Program-made: the position numbers and the translations under genes
Assembly: GCA_001724265.1 (NCBI GenBank)
Contig: MEDY01000155.1
Coordinates: forward strand, 1-60,797
Direction: 5' to 3'
Origin: Rhizaria sp. SCN 62-66
Taxonomy: Eukaryota
Length of the DNA stretch: 60,797 bases
Shown: positions 23,401-35,100 of the stretch, one piece after another
Layout of the letters: every line of letters begins with the position of its first letter
How positions within the stretch are numbered: position 1 is the stretch's first letter
Notes under the pieces: generated by a model
What the model was told of the DNA's origin: nothing
Seen by the model: the letters and a program-made list of their open reading frames with translations, nothing else
The model's database searches: none

Positions 23401-26400
23401 GAAGGCTCGAACCCAGTATCGCCATAGCTCGGGACGCTAGCGCGAGCCCCGCTGTCGTCGTGGTCACTGTCGCCGTCGTCAGCAACGTCGGCGGCGTCGG
23501 CCCACAGACGCAGCGCGCCGCGCCACGCGCGCGGACTGCTGTCGGCCTCAGCTGCACCAGTCGCAGTGCTGACGGCACTGACGGCGATGTGGGGGGCCAG
23601 GGCGGACTCGAGCGCGCCACAAACTGCGGCCCGTGCGGCGGCTACAGGCGCGACGACGGCGCGCACAGTCCGTACAGCAGCAGCCATGACATTAGCGGCT
23701 GAGAACCGAGCAGAACCGCTGGGCACAGCAGAGACGGCGGGAGCAGTTTGTGACTCGGCACCGGTGGTCACGGTAGTTTCTGTTGAGAGTATCGTAAATG
23801 TCGATGAGTCAGACGCTGGAACAGAAGCAGCAGTCGTCGTGACAATAGTGGGCGTCAGGAAAGTAGATGCGCGGCGGCCTAACTTCTTAATCTGCGACGT
23901 GGCCATCGCACGCGGGAGGGTAACCGTGAGAAGCCTCCGTGCAGATGCGACAGCAGAGCTCGCAGCATCACCCGCGGCAGTCGCCGCACTGCGCACAGTC
24001 GCGGAGACGCTATTGCCGCTCTCAACAGCGCTCGCGTCCAAAACAGGCACAGACACAGAACCTGCGTATGAGTTGGAGTCGATTGCGACTGTGAGAGCGG
24101 CGGGGGCGAACTTGCCCGAGCCACCGCCGACAATTGTCTTGCCTCCGCCAACAACATTCATGTCCAGACCCGCAGCAGCACCGGAGTCAGAAGCAGTCGC
24201 AGTCCCAGCGTCGTCGCCAGCCTTAGCCTGACCACCGGCGTTGACCTTGCCGTTGGCGTTCGTGGTTGGCGAGCGCAGGCCGACGGGCGGCATGCGCCAG
24301 ACGAACCCGGCGTTGCAAGCCGTGAAGGACTGAGAGCGCGCTAGTGCGGCGGCGCGCGACGACGACGAGGGCGGCAGCGCGATGTACGCGCGCGCCCAGC
24401 GTTCCCACTCGAGGTACAGCTCGCGCACCGCCGCCGCGGTGGCCGCAGCGGGGGCCGCCGCGGGGGGGCCGCCGCCGCGGCGACCGTCTGCGGTAAGCGC
24501 GGGGTCGGCGCCAGAATCAGTACTCTTGCTGGCGTCGTTGTCGTTGTTGTTGATGTTGTTGTTGCTGCTGCTGCTCGTGCCTGTGTGCGAGTGCGCGACG
24601 GCGAGGGGCGAGGCGGGGGCCAGCATGAGGCGTGCGAGCTCAGTGGGCGGGAAAAACATCGGCGGTAGCGCATCAGTTACGGACTCGTCGTCATCACCCG
24701 TCGCCGCTGCAGTCTCGTTGGCAGGCGCGCTCTCGGTGGTGAGAGAAGCCTGTGAGCGCGTGCTGCGAGGCGGTTTGACTTCCGCGCGCAGCTGGGGGTA
24801 CCAGTCGAGCGGGCACATGCCGAGCCCCCTCGCCTCGGCGGGCAGCCCCGGGCACGTCGCCAGGGCGGCCTGGTCAGCTTCATTTGCACTCGCATCACTG
24901 ATATCTCTGACAGAACGCACAGTGCCGCGCTCGGTGCTCACGGTCACATCGCTAGCGCGCGTGTTACTCGCACCGCCACTGATATTGTTCCTCGCAGCAG
25001 CCGCAGCGGTCGCCGCCGCTGCGCGACGCCTGTTCTGCGCCGCCACGGCCTCTGCCTGCGAGGCGACCGCGCGGTGCACGGGCGCGGGGGCGAGGACGTC
25101 CCACAGCGGCGGCACGGCGACGGCCCAGCGCGCACCCGTGCCCGCAAGCGGCCGCCGCTGCGCCCACAGCGGCCGCCGCAGCCCCGCCGCGTGGCCCGGC
25201 AGCGGCGGCAGCAGCACGCGCACACTCGCACTCGCGCTCGCAGTGGCGCCCGCAGTCTCGCTCGCACTGGAGCCGGCACTGGCGCCACCGCCGGCTGCGG
25301 GGCTAGACCCGGTGGCAGCGCCAGAGGCGAGAGCGGCGGCCGCACGGACAGCGGCCTCAGCGGCCTCGGCGTCGGCGGCGGCCTCCGCAGCGGCCTCGGC
25401 GGCCATGACCTCTGCGCGGGCAATGCGCATGGCCTCGTCGGCGAGGTTCGGCTTGTCTTCCTCATCATCGTCGTCCTCGTCGTCGCCGTTGGCGCCAGTG
25501 CGATCAGTGTCGCCGGTGGGCTCGGCGCTCACGTCAGGGGCGTGGTCCGAGGCGGCGCCGTCGCGCCCTCCAGCAGCCGCCGTGCGCCAGTGACCGAGAG
25601 CCGCGGGCGCGAAGACTTGCGCGGCACTCAGCACGCCACCATCACGACCGACGCGAGCAACGTTGTTCTCGTAGGTGTTGAATGTGCGCTTCGAGACGCG
25701 CGCAGAGACCTTGGCGACCCGCGGCCGCACCAGATCGAGCGGGAAACGGGCCTCCACGAACGCCGCCTCCGCCGCTGCGGCCGCAGCCTTGGCCGCCGTC
25801 GCCGCAACCTCAGCCGCCGCCGCAGCAGCAGACGCAGACGCAGACGATGGCTCGGACTCGGACTCGGTCCCCGCCGCCGCCGCAGCTGCAGCCGCCGCCG
25901 CCGCCGCCGCATGTGCCTCTGCCTCGGCGAGCGCGGCTGCGGGCGCGGGCGGAAGCGGGGGGACGGGCTTGGTGCGTTTAGCGTCGCGCGCGAGCGGGAA
26001 GCCGTCGAGCAGCCTGCGCGCGGGCACGGGCGCGACAGCGCGCAGCACGGCGACGCCAGAGTCGGGGCGGTAGATCCCCACCACGGCCACGCGCACGTCG
26101 CCCAGCAGCGTCAGCTGCGAGACCAGAGCGGCCACCGTCGTGATGTCCGCGTCGGGCGCCAGGTCCAGCTGTGGCTGCGGCGGCGGCTGGGACGGCGGGA
26201 AGTTAGGCCGCGGCGCTGTCATAGCGGACTCTGAGGCGGACTCTATGTCGGCGCCTAAGCCAGAGTCAGAGTTTGAGTGCAACTGCGCGTGCGGCTGTGA
26301 GAAGGCTGCTGCGAGGGCGTCGTGTGACTGTGGGATGGTGACCGTGGGCATGCCGCGGATCAAAGAGGGGAACGAGAAGCTCGTGCGGGAAGAAAAAGTA

Positions 26401-27764
26401 AACGAGCTCGACTGATGTGGCTGCGAAGAAGCAGGAGGTGCAATGTTATCACCAGGACTAGAGACCGTCGTCGTCGAACTTGTACCAGCAGTCGCCGAGT
26501 CATCAACACTCAACACCTTAGCGCCAACGCTCGCAATGTCCTTCTCGCCGCTCACACTGTTGTCACTGTTGTTAGAACTCGCACCGTCACTGTTGGCCCT
26601 GGTGCCATTACTCCTACTGTTACTGTTCCTGTAGCTGCCCGTGGCAGTGGCGGCGGCACTGTCTTCCTCCTCGCCGCCATCGCCGTCGCCGTCCGCGGCG
26701 CTGGCGGGCGCGCGGAAGAGGATCTCCCCGCGCAGGAACACCACGGACCCGGCGGGCCAGAGCGGCGTAGCCACCAGGCGCGATGCTAGCTTGACGAGCA
26801 CGCGCGCCCCCGCCAGCACCGTGCTGGGCGTCGTCAGCAGCGGCATCAGCGGCGCCAGGTCGTCCTCGTCCAGCGACGAGTAGCCCGGATACACCGCAGA
26901 GCCGGAGCCAGAGTCGGAGCCAGAACTTGAGCCTGTAGAGCTGGTAAAGTCGGTGTTCGTGTCGGAAGGGTCGGAGGCCGTGTAGCTGCGGTAGACGGTG
27001 CGCTCACCGCCGGCAGCAACATCAGCGTCGCCTGTCGCCGCACGCATATTGCCGTCAGCAGCATCCGTAGAGGCAGCAGGATTGTCATCGTCGTCGCTGT
27101 CACCATTCGCGTTGCTGCGTGCGTTGGAGCCCGCGGCCGCGTCCGTGGCGGCGTCTGACGGTGGCGGCTCGGGAAACGCAAGGGAAGGCGGCAGCGGGCC
27201 GAAGTTGAACCGGCGGACCTCGGTCTGGGCCGCGGTCTTGAACTGTGACTGAGACTGCGGCAAGGGCTTGGGCAGTGTCTGTGCACGCGTGTTGTCCGCT
27301 GTCTTCGGAGTACTCGCGCTGTCTGCAACAAAGCCGGTATCTTTGCCAGCTGTGCTCGCGGTGTCCGTGTTGTCGTTACTATCCCTGCTCTCATCGGCAT
27401 CTGAGTCGAACGCGGCGATGGCCTGCGCGAGCGCGGCGCGCTTGAGGTCCGCGGCCGACAGCGAGGGCAGCCAGAGCCCACGGTACGTGCCCGATAGCGT
27501 CGACGGGTACACGTACACGGGCGGCGCCGCCTCGACCGCGGAGGCGCTGGAGAGTAGAGAGTCCAAGGGGGACGCAGTAGATGCGGCGTCCGTGGCGGCG
27601 GCGGCGGCGGCTGCGGTGGGGAGAGCCAGGCAGAGCAGGAGCGCGAGTGCAACGCGCAGGGCGGTCATGGCGGAGACCGCGTTTTGCGGTGATGCTGCGT
27701 GCGGCGCGGGGGAGCGTGAAGGCGAGACTGCAGCGGACAGAGGAGCACCGCGACGGTGAGTCAT
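20466..27764 (-). CDS. Tul1/Dsc1/FLY1-like transmembrane RING-H2 E3 ubiquitin ligase, 2432 aa, single exon
   Basis: N-terminal signal-like segment and GTYRGLW; multi-TM block (SLPTLVLQVMLD, MKLLVFVWRA, HWVPQV); C-terminal CSICC...PCNHVFHRACLRSWMQRRAQCPLCRARLP. TGA stop. The real start may be the second ATG (MTALRVAL). Confidence 0.85.
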   Translation of the reverse strand: MTHRRGAPLSAAVSPSRSPAPHAASPQNAVSAMTALRVALALLLCLALPTAAAAAAATDAASTASPLDSLLSSASAVEAAPPVYVYPSTLSGTYRGLWLPSLSAADLKRAALAQAIAAFDSDADESRDSNDNTDTASTAGKDTGFVADSASTPKTADNTRAQTLPKPLPQSQSQFKTAAQTEVRRFNFGPLPPSLAFPEPPPSDAATDAAAGSNARSNANGDSDDDDNPAASTDAADGNMRAATGDADVAAGGERTVYRSYTASDPSDTNTDFTSSTGSSSGSDSGSGSAVYPGYSSLDEDDLAPLMPLLTTPSTVLAGARVLVKLASRLVATPLWPAGSVVFLRGEILFRAPASAADGDGDGGEEEDSAAATATGSYRNSNSRSNGTRANSDGASSNNSDNSVSGEKDIASVGAKVLSVDDSATAGTSSTTTVSSPGDNIAPPASSQPHQSSSFTFSSRTSFSFPSLIRGMPTVTIPQSHDALAAAFSQPHAQLHSNSDSGLGADIESASESAMTAPRPNFPPSQPPPQPQLDLAPDADITTVAALVSQLTLLGDVRVAVVGIYRPDSGVAVLRAVAPVPARRLLDGFPLARDAKRTKPVPPLPPAPAAALAEAEAHAAAAAAAAAAAAAGTESESEPSSASASAAAAAAEVAATAAKAAAAAAEAAFVEARFPLDLVRPRVAKVSARVSKRTFNTYENNVARVGRDGGVLSAAQVFAPAALGHWRTAAAGGRDGAASDHAPDVSAEPTGDTDRTGANGDDEDDDDEEDKPNLADEAMRIARAEVMAAEAAAEAAADAEAAEAAVRAAAALASGAATGSSPAAGGGASAGSSASETAGATASASASVRVLLPPLPGHAAGLRRPLWAQRRPLAGTGARWAVAVPPLWDVLAPAPVHRAVASQAEAVAAQNRRRAAAATAAAAARNNISGGASNTRASDVTVSTERGTVRSVRDISDASANEADQAALATCPGLPAEARGLGMCPLDWYPQLRAEVKPPRSTRSQASLTTESAPANETAAATGDDDESVTDALPPMFFPPTELARLMLAPASPLAVAHSHTGTSSSSNNNINNNDNDASKSTDSGADPALTADGRRGGGPPAAAPAAATAAAVRELYLEWERWARAYIALPPSSSSRAAALARSQSFTACNAGFVWRMPPVGLRSPTTNANGKVNAGGQAKAGDDAGTATASDSGAAAGLDMNVVGGGKTIVGGGSGKFAPAALTVAIDSNSYAGSVSVPVLDASAVESGNSVSATVRSAATAAGDAASSAVASARRLLTVTLPRAMATSQIKKLGRRASTFLTPTIVTTTAASVPASDSSTFTILSTETTVTTGAESQTAPAVSAVPSGSARFSAANVMAAAVRTVRAVVAPVAAARAAVCGALESALAPHIAVSAVSTATGAAEADSSPRAWRGALRLWADAADVADDGDSDHDDSGARASVPSYGDTGFEPSALGSESDVNEYSADDEHDDGLFDEEFVPIQSGGGLTSACPSEGSAPGSAPIASSAFATQALSSSATPESQPAERATQPVSAAQPASLLLSPAAASLSAQERSGLIWGAAVALMGRRQWGTWADAAAAAAVAAYAPRTSSNSTHSSSGVSSGVSKSSTSTKKARSTAASRTSTATGDSTAARSTSYSSYGSVSGDDGALLRPQSCALSGSFALSKITLLPFLREASFYGFLLSAAVVAQTYSVSQQLLLTLDGGPALEALSLPTLVLQVMLDTASFLLHMFLGNLLDALTPLFTVVAVFQFITLIAGQMKLLVFVWRARLPADIGAGAEGQTELRRALCLFHGKIYLAILLLFAYCIAFPQHTPAVILLLHLHWVPQVLSLKRARLNAHRLFAPSYAPAALLSRAAPVLYVCFEPRNVLGLAPAPAFTAAFTAAVALQALLVLGPWWDPAERPPALARLLRRARRRARWAYAAVAAVPLAGPVAAAALGCAALLLRAVLRTLAAVTGTEADVYVVHSNGNGSGGGGADGEDGDGGDDADRSSAPYSYSRPVPRKAFTHRRPATAAAAAAAAAAGSSASASAGAGPVRTALSALAAGVSGGAKAAARAAAAAASALGARAGLSLSLPRSLSWWHWRRGGGYNRLSPQDAEAEAAARGDGGDDDAITASASASAADSTTPGSIGDGDGDGDGEVKGDGEDEGVLLRPLRRARPRNAAAHQLASSPATAGAAGASAGRARDGDGDGSGGVSGASDCEAAGLVAVAIASDAANNKLDGDGESQNKSPATAAETAAATAAAAAAAAELERSERERVAAEAEEDELDPCSICCCDLWDDPAETVSVSDAALPQASSSSAGAGSGAGSVALTVALRPYERLAQLPRFALAVCPCNHVFHRACLRSWMQRRAQCPLCRARLPAMESDLEEDDDDEDTESSDSAADARSPQAQALSRAQRRRLRDPALGPRTQVAGIAGAPGAVHGL

Positions 27765-28385
27765 GATCGTTCGACCTCGTCTCGACGAGACCGGAGTAAA
27801 GATAGACCCCTAACGGGAAGCAGTTGTGGGTACAAGCGTAGATCTAATGGGAACGGCCCAGGTGGCGGTACCTCAAGAGCGAGTCTACTTCGAGAAATTT
27901 GAATGTAGTTGCCTCAGGGCAAGGAAAACAAAGTGGTAGTCGAAGGACTGGGTCGCTTGGCAACCAGTCTGCAGAAAATGAGGAACAAAAAAGGGTAAAC
28001 AGTGTTCTGTGAGGATGCAAAATGAAAACAATAGGTTTGCCATAATGTGTGTATCTGATATAGTGCGTAATTCACTGTTGATGGACCACTGGCGGCACAT
28101 CAAAGAGTTAATGCAAGACGACCACGAGGATCGTGATGCACCTCAACCATGACAAATCCTCCTGACAAGCACGTCGCAAAACACTGTTTCATGCATAACA
28201 TCTTAAAACCAAGGCGTTTAGCATTCAAACCTGATCCGCTGATTCGTAAAGCAATGATAAACAATGTGTGTATGGATATACTGGCCCCAATGTGGCCCGC
28301 ATTGTGTAACGCGTTTACAAGTTCATATCACGCGTGACCGCATGACAGTATGTTCATTGTTCCCCTCATTATAGAACTGCAGCGT

Positions 28386-30490
28386 TCACCTCCAGGTGAA
28401 GACCATGAGCGGCTTGTCGTCGGGGCCCTTCTCGCCGCGCGGCGCGCGGACGGCGCGGCCGTACTTAAGCAGCAGTTGATCGAGGCTGAGCCCGCCGACC
28501 GCGAATTCGACCACGTACGGCCGGATCTCCTCCATCGTCCACAGCGCGCGGTACCTGCGGCGGGTGTGCAACGACAAAATCATCATGAACAGGCGCAAAT
28601 CGGAGCGAAAAAAAAAAGTGAAAATGTGAGTTGAAGGTGTGGTTTAGTTGAAGGTACGTACGTACGAGTGGTGATTGATTCAGTGAAGGAATCATCCGTC
28701 ATAGCGAAATGCATGAGATTGGATAGAGACGTACGTAAAAAGCTCCGTGAAGCGTTCCTCCGGCGTGATGCTGAGTCTGTCGATGTCGTAGAGCGTGTAC
28801 ACGTCGTCCTTGCCGTGGCCCGTGCCGCCCGTGAGGACTTTGTGCAGACGCGCCTCTGCCACGGCGCGCGCGTTGAGACACAGCGCGACGCCTTCCAGCA
28901 TCGCAGGGGTAGGGCGGATCGACGGCAGCGAGTCGGCCCATTCGCTACGAGCAGCAATGGTGAAAACAAGGGAAACAAACAGAGAAACAAGGAATGAGAT
29001 ACAGCGTCGATATCGATTGTAAGAGTTGACACTTAGCAATGAGATAGGAAGAAGAAACTTCACATTTCGGCACAACAAGATTTCACTAGAATTCCAGACT
29101 ACAAATCCAAAAAAAAATTATCACAAAATATACAACATCAATGTGAAATATAGGACAAGATGTTGTAGTTTGTTGTTCCGTACCGCATGAACTCCGCAGC
29201 GGGCATCTGCTGTCCCTCCTTCGCGGCCAGGATCTGCGCCGCGCGGTGCCGCGCAAGCTTGACCGGGCACAGCGCAATGCGCCGCGGCAGCCGCAGCGAG
29301 GGCGCAAAGGGCGCGTCGTTCTCCAGCTCTGCGCCGCCGTCGCCGTGCTCCGCGCTGGCCTGGGCGAGCAAGGGGATCAGGTCTAAGTACTGCAGTGACT
29401 CGCGCTGGACCGTCTCCCACACCGCCAGCGCGGCCTCCGCCGTCGCGCGTGCGCGCTCCGCCTCCGCAGCAGTCGCCGCAGCGTCGACGCCGGTTGCTGA
29501 GTCCGCCGCAGGAGTGACCGTGGGGGGCAGCACGGGCTTGGCGTTGAGCGCATCCGTGGCGGCGGCGTCGCGGAACTGGTACAGCACGTGTGCGGCCGTA
29601 AACATCGAGCACACGCCGTCGGAGCGGAGCTCGGAAATGACACTCTCGGGGTTGATGCGCGCGAGATCGAGCCCGCGGTGACCGACGATGAGCGTGACGT
29701 TGAGTGCGACTTCGGCTACCAGCGCAGCCGACGGACGACAGAAGGCGCCGCCGACGCGGAGCAGGGGCAGCACGCTCATTGCCGCGCGCAGATCCGCCTC
29801 AGATGCCTGCACCAGGTGGCGCAGGTCGCGCAGCGTGCGGCCTGCGATCACCGGCAGCGAGCTCGCGCTAGATCGAGCGCTAGAACTGGAGCTGGAGCTG
29901 GAAGCGTGACGAGAGCGCTTTGACGAGGACGACGACGCGAGAGAAGCGTGAGCGTTGTCATTGTCGTCGTTATCCGCGGAGAAACCAAGCATCTCGTCGA
30001 TATCTTGCGTGGTGGGACCCGTGGCGCCGGTGCGGCCCTTGGCGGCGAGCATGCGGGACTCGAGCCGCTGCAGCACCTTGTCGTGCGCGGCGGTGAAAGG
30101 CGCGAGCGGGGAGAAGAGCGTGCGCAGCGGAGCCGTGCGGGGCGGAATCGGAACCAGGTCATAGTGGCACGTCACAATGCCGGCAATTGCGTTCGAGCGG
30201 TCCGCGGGCGCGGTCGCAGCGCCGGAGGCCAAAGCGGCGGACGCGGCCGCGGCGGCCTCGGCGGTGGTCGTTTTCACTTCGGGGACTAAGAGACACGTGT
30301 TCGAGGTCTCCGTCTGGCGCAGAAGGTACGAGCTCGACGCGGTGCAAACAACGGCGTCGTGGTCGGGCTGGCCGCGGACATAGAGGACCTGGCCGGCCTT
30401 GAGGTCCGTCAGCAAGGACTCGGGAACCTCGAGCAGCAGGAGGCTGTCGATGCCGCCGTGGTCCGTGAACCGAAGCGGGGCCACAGACAT
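28386..30490 (-). CDS. DSCC1: Sister chromatid cohesion protein DCC1 (CTF18-RFC subunit), 3 exons
   Basis: Exons 30490-29184, 28944-28735 and 28554-28386 with matching phases. Motifs LLLLEVP, VRGQPDHDAVVCT, LRQTETSNTCLL, VQASEADL, PEERFTELF and WTMEEIRPY...LLLKYGR. TGA stop. Confidence 0.93.
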
Positions 30491-30803
30491 GCGCACGCTG
30501 AGCGAGAAGAAACATAATTTAAAAAATATATATGTGTAAAGAAATAGCACCCGGACAAAGTGAAAGCAGATCTATTGACGAAGAGTTGAAGTCCTGGGAG
30601 ATTGACTTTGAGTCGCATCAAGAAGGCGCGATTCGGCGAGCACGCCGACAAGGGCTGGCCACGACCCCCCTTGCTACCACTTGACCAAAGCATACTCGCA
30701 TGTGTTGACCGTTAATGGCCCCCTCGTGGTTTGCATGGAGTTAAATTGTTTATACCTGTTTCTCTTTTTAATTAAATCTTCTGCTGATCGCGTAACAGAG
30801 AGT

Positions 30804-31061
30804 ATGAGCACTGCTGCTGCTGCTGCTGCCAAACGTGCAGCGAACCTCAAGTGGGCTGTCTGCATTGCCGCAGGTGTGGGCGGCTTCCTTGCCTTCCCGT
30901 TCCTCTTTGTCGACTTCAAGAACAGCCAGCCGATGCGTGCCAGCCCTCTGTCGCCCGCGGGCGTGCGCTCCGTGCGCACGGAACTCTACACGGAGGAGTC
31001 GAAGCACGACAACGAAAATCCCTTCCGGAACCAGGTGCATCCCAAGGACCTCCCCAAGTAA
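30804..31061 (+). CDS. Small (85 aa) single-pass membrane protein
   Basis: ATG after an AT-rich spacer, strong C/G-ending codon bias, one hydrophobic helix (WAVCIAAGVGGFLAFPFLFV), TAA stop. Confidence 0.7.
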   Translation: MSTAAAAAAKRAANLKWAVCIAAGVGGFLAFPFLFVDFKNSQPMRASPLSPAGVRSVRTELYTEESKHDNENPFRNQVHPKDLPK

Positions 31062-32103
31062 ACCGCCTACACGACACAAAACCGCGTCAAAGCTTGTATA
31101 TGAACTCTATCTTACCGCATTGTGCGTCTAGTGTGAGTCGTGTGTCCAATTGACGTAGTTTAGTGAGGACGACACCCCTTTATTTAACGCTCTCCCAACA
31201 GTCACCCCACCTCTGACCCCACTGTCCAGTGGCCATATTTCGCACTGCAACTCAACATCAAGCTCTGTTGAACAGCGTAGTGGCACGGCTGCCCGTGTAG
31301 CCGGTCTACAACGTCCACCCAAGCTCGTCCGTGATCGAGTACGCGTAATTTGAGCTCCCTGGACGCAGGGTCGGACTTAAGTCCTTTTGTAAGTGCACCT
31401 AAAATGCATCTTTATGCAGATATTATTGCCATAACTTTTTCAACAGTTGTAATACATAGAGCAATCGCAACTTTCCCGCTTCCGTCAACGTCTTGTGCTT
31501 GCTACATCTTTCTTGCAGTTTTGATAATACCTTAGCCGACGACAAAGTGTTTCAGGCGTAAAAATAATGGATCGAACATTTTAAAGATTTGGGATGTACA
31601 ACTTGCAAATATGCTCAACCTAGGAAAATGAAATAATAATTAAGTATTAGAATCATTTTTATTTATTATTCTACGTATACATGTCATAAAACACACAATG
31701 ACGCACATGTACCGCGTTTCTCCAAAAAACAGCAGTCGTGACTGGGCGCCGTTGAATAGGCCAACAAAATTTCAACTTGCCTTGGTTTTCACAATATAGA
31801 AACAGAGCCCGGCGACACATAGTGAAAATAGATGCAGTTAGCCACCGTGAACTCAAACAACTTGAAAATAGGACAGAACAATCACAAGACACGCAATCAG
31901 CAAAGTACCCATGACATGACGCAACAAACTAAAGTAACACATTAGGGGAGAGTGCCACAGTGTTTCAATTTCATAACAGTACAAGCAACACTCAAAATAT
32001 CAGCAAACCAACACACAGTAAACTGAACGCTAAGAGCAGCTAGTTCAACAACAAGGGCACATACTCACTTACCACAGGTAAGAAAAGCTTACTCAAAGCT
32101 TAC

Positions 32104-35100
32104 TCACACTGTCTCTGCCTCTAAGGCGGCAGCATTGTCGCTCTCGAACTCGGTGTACTTGGTCTTCTTGCGGTACACGACGGACGAGACGCCGAAAAGC
32201 ACGGCCGCTCCAAGCACCGAGGCCGTGACGATGAGCGCGATCCACGCCGCGTCGTTGTCGGGGTTTTCCTCCTCGATGACGACGCTATTGGGGTCAGAGC
32301 CGAAGGTGACGTTGCCGGGAACGGTGACGCCGACGCCGCCCGAGCCGCCGCCACCGTGTAGCGGGGACGTGAGGTCGATGACCAGCGAGCGCAAGATCTC
32401 GGCCACCTCGAGCGCGTTAGGCCGCTCGCCCACGTTGGGATTCGGCGCCACGCGGATGGTGAAGGCGCCGTTGTCGCCGCCGATGAAGGCGATCTGCGTC
32501 AGGCGGTCGCACTGGTCCAGCGCGGCCAGCGGCGTGTATTGGCACGCCACAGTCATGATGTGCAGCTCCACGGCGGCCTTGAGTGCGGCGTCGGACAGCA
32601 GCGCGTCGGTGGCGCCGATGACGCGGAACGTCACGCGCGCGGCCTTGCGGTCCTGCCGCTGGAGCTCGGCATCGCGCTCGGCCGCTGTGGCTACCACGGT
32701 AAAGCGCGGCGAGATGGCGTCGGCGTAGGCCGCCGAAAGCGACTGCGCGCGCAGGGTGAACACGCCGAGCGTCGCCGTGTGCGGCTCGAGGAACGTCAGC
32801 GTGCCCGCGACCGAGACGGCCGTGTTGCTGGCTGGGTCCAGCACGGCGCCCGCGGTGCCCGCCGCGCCGCTGACGCCGTCGGCCGAAAGCAGCGACGCTG
32901 AGACAGAGGCTAGCGGGTCCTTGAGCCCCGTGACCATGTTGTCGGCCTCGCACGCGACGGGGAAGACCTCGTTGGCGGCGAGCAGGTACGGGGCCACGAC
33001 GAAGCGCAAGCGCGCGAGCGCCGTCAGGGGCAGTACGTCGAAGGGACCGATGCGGATCGAGTCGAGCCCAGGGTATGACACGATGAGTGCAATGCCGCTC
33101 GCGACAGTGTCGAAGATGACGTTGGTGAACTCGGCCTTGCCGGCGGCAACGGACACCACGAGCGTGCCGGCGAGCGCGGCGCCAGAGGGGGTGCCCGTCG
33201 CCGCGGGGTCGATGCTCACGGTCACCTTGCCCTTAGTCGCGGGCTTGCCGAACTGGTCCGTGAGCGCGAGCACGATGGTTGGCGCCAGCGCGACGCCTGC
33301 GATGGCAAAGTTGGGCGACTGCACGAGCGTCATCGTGACCGCCCAGCCGGCGAGGGAGAAGTTGTCGCCCGTATCGATCTTGATCAAGGCGTTGGTGGCC
33401 GAGGTGACCGTAAGCGGCTCGCCCGTCTCGTAGTCGGGCGCGGCGGGATTAGTGAACTTGTCGCACGTAACGAGCGTGATGGCGCCCACTAGGGCCGGGA
33501 TCGCGTTGACCTCCGTGGCGTCAAGAATCATCGCAATCTGACTGGCGCTCGAGTCGACGTGCGCGGCCGTGGTGGTGAAGCCGGTCGAGGGCTGCGACAC
33601 GACGCAAACCATCGTCGTGCCCACCGTTGGCGCGGGAAAGTACGCCGCCGTCGCTGGGAGCGAGATGTTAAGCCGCCCCAGCTGGGGGACGCGGTTGACG
33701 AAGCCGTCGACGTGGAACGTGACGTTGGTCGCCGCGTTGGCCGCGTAGTCGGTCAGCGTGACGAGCGCGTAAAACTCTCCCAGCACGGCCGGGTCGACCG
33801 GCGCGACCGTGGCCGTGGTCGTGCTCGACACGACGTTTTTGGTCTCGGTCACCAGTGAGAGCGTGGCGGAGGCCGTGCCCGCGGACTGCGCCAGCGGGCG
33901 CACGTTGGTCACGACTAGGTGCAGCGTGGACCGCGCGGGGATCGAGGTCGTGTCGGCAAACCAGAAGTAGGCCTCGTTGCCCAGCGTCGACACGTCAACG
34001 GCGCCCGGCGTGGCAAGCGCGACGGTGGTGTTGTCCGACACGGTGATGGTGTAGGTCGACTCGCCGCCGAAGTCGAACGTCCAGTCCGTCGGCAGCTTGA
34101 CGTAGATACCCATGAAGGTGTAGACGTTGATGGGCATGCCGCCGACATTAATGGCAAGCGTGCCGCTGGTGCCGGCGAGCGAGGGCGTGTGCTGGATCGT
34201 CTTGACGACGTCGCCGAGCTGGCCCGCCACGATGGGCGTGATGGTCGCCGACGCTGTCGCGAGCTCGTCGAACGGGCGAGGCGCCGACGAGTTGTAGGTG
34301 CTGAGAATGAACTCGACCGTGGTGCCCGGGTCCGTGGGCGTGATGGGCAGCTGAACGTCGGTGCACACAATCGACAGCACGGCCGTCTCGGGAAACGCGT
34401 CCACGCCGTCCGTGCAGTCGCGGTTGCAGATGTAGAAACTGGGGAACGTGATGATCGAGCCGCCGGCGAAGGGCATGTTGTCGGCGTAGTAAGAGCACAC
34501 GGTGGTGTCGGTGATGCCGACGGAGCCGAAGAGGCCCGGGTTGAGGCGGAACGCGCCGAAGGTGTCGGGCGAGTACATGGGCGCGACGGTGATGTTCATT
34601 GTCGAGAGCGCGCCGGGGACGGGGTTGTCCAGCTCCACCGAGGCCAGGCGCGAGCCGAAGGGGCCGAGCGTGCCGCCCACGACAGTCACCGTGTCGATCG
34701 TGTACACAGCCGGACCAGACAGCAGCACCAGCGACGCCGCCTGCAGAGGTCAAGGGAAGGGAAGCGAAGATGAGAGGACATTTGTGTGAAAAAGTGATAA
34801 ATTACGAAATTACGAGTTTCTTATTCAATGATGAGATCGTGCACATAGTTATCAAATATTTCGTTGATTTTTTGCAATTATTGAGCATTATAAAGATATT
34901 TCGCATTGTTTTCGCATTGTTTCCGTACCTGTCCGGTGGGGCTGGGATCGTAGACTGTGGGCACGGTGACGCCCGGGCAGAGGAACATGATGTCCGTGCT
35001 GCCGTCGTCGATCGCGTCGCGCAGCGTGATAGTGACGGTGAGCCCGCCGATCTTGGCCGCCGTAACTGCGTCGCCGTCGCCGGGCAGACGCGTGTTACTG

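Noticed and set aside
20413-27766. Long overlapping ORFs such as 20413..21867(+), 21424..22791(-), 24382..25593(+) and 25074..26234(+)
   Set aside because: These are antisense or alternate-frame shadows of a GC-rich gene; they are Arg/Ala/Pro-rich with no recognisable motifs.
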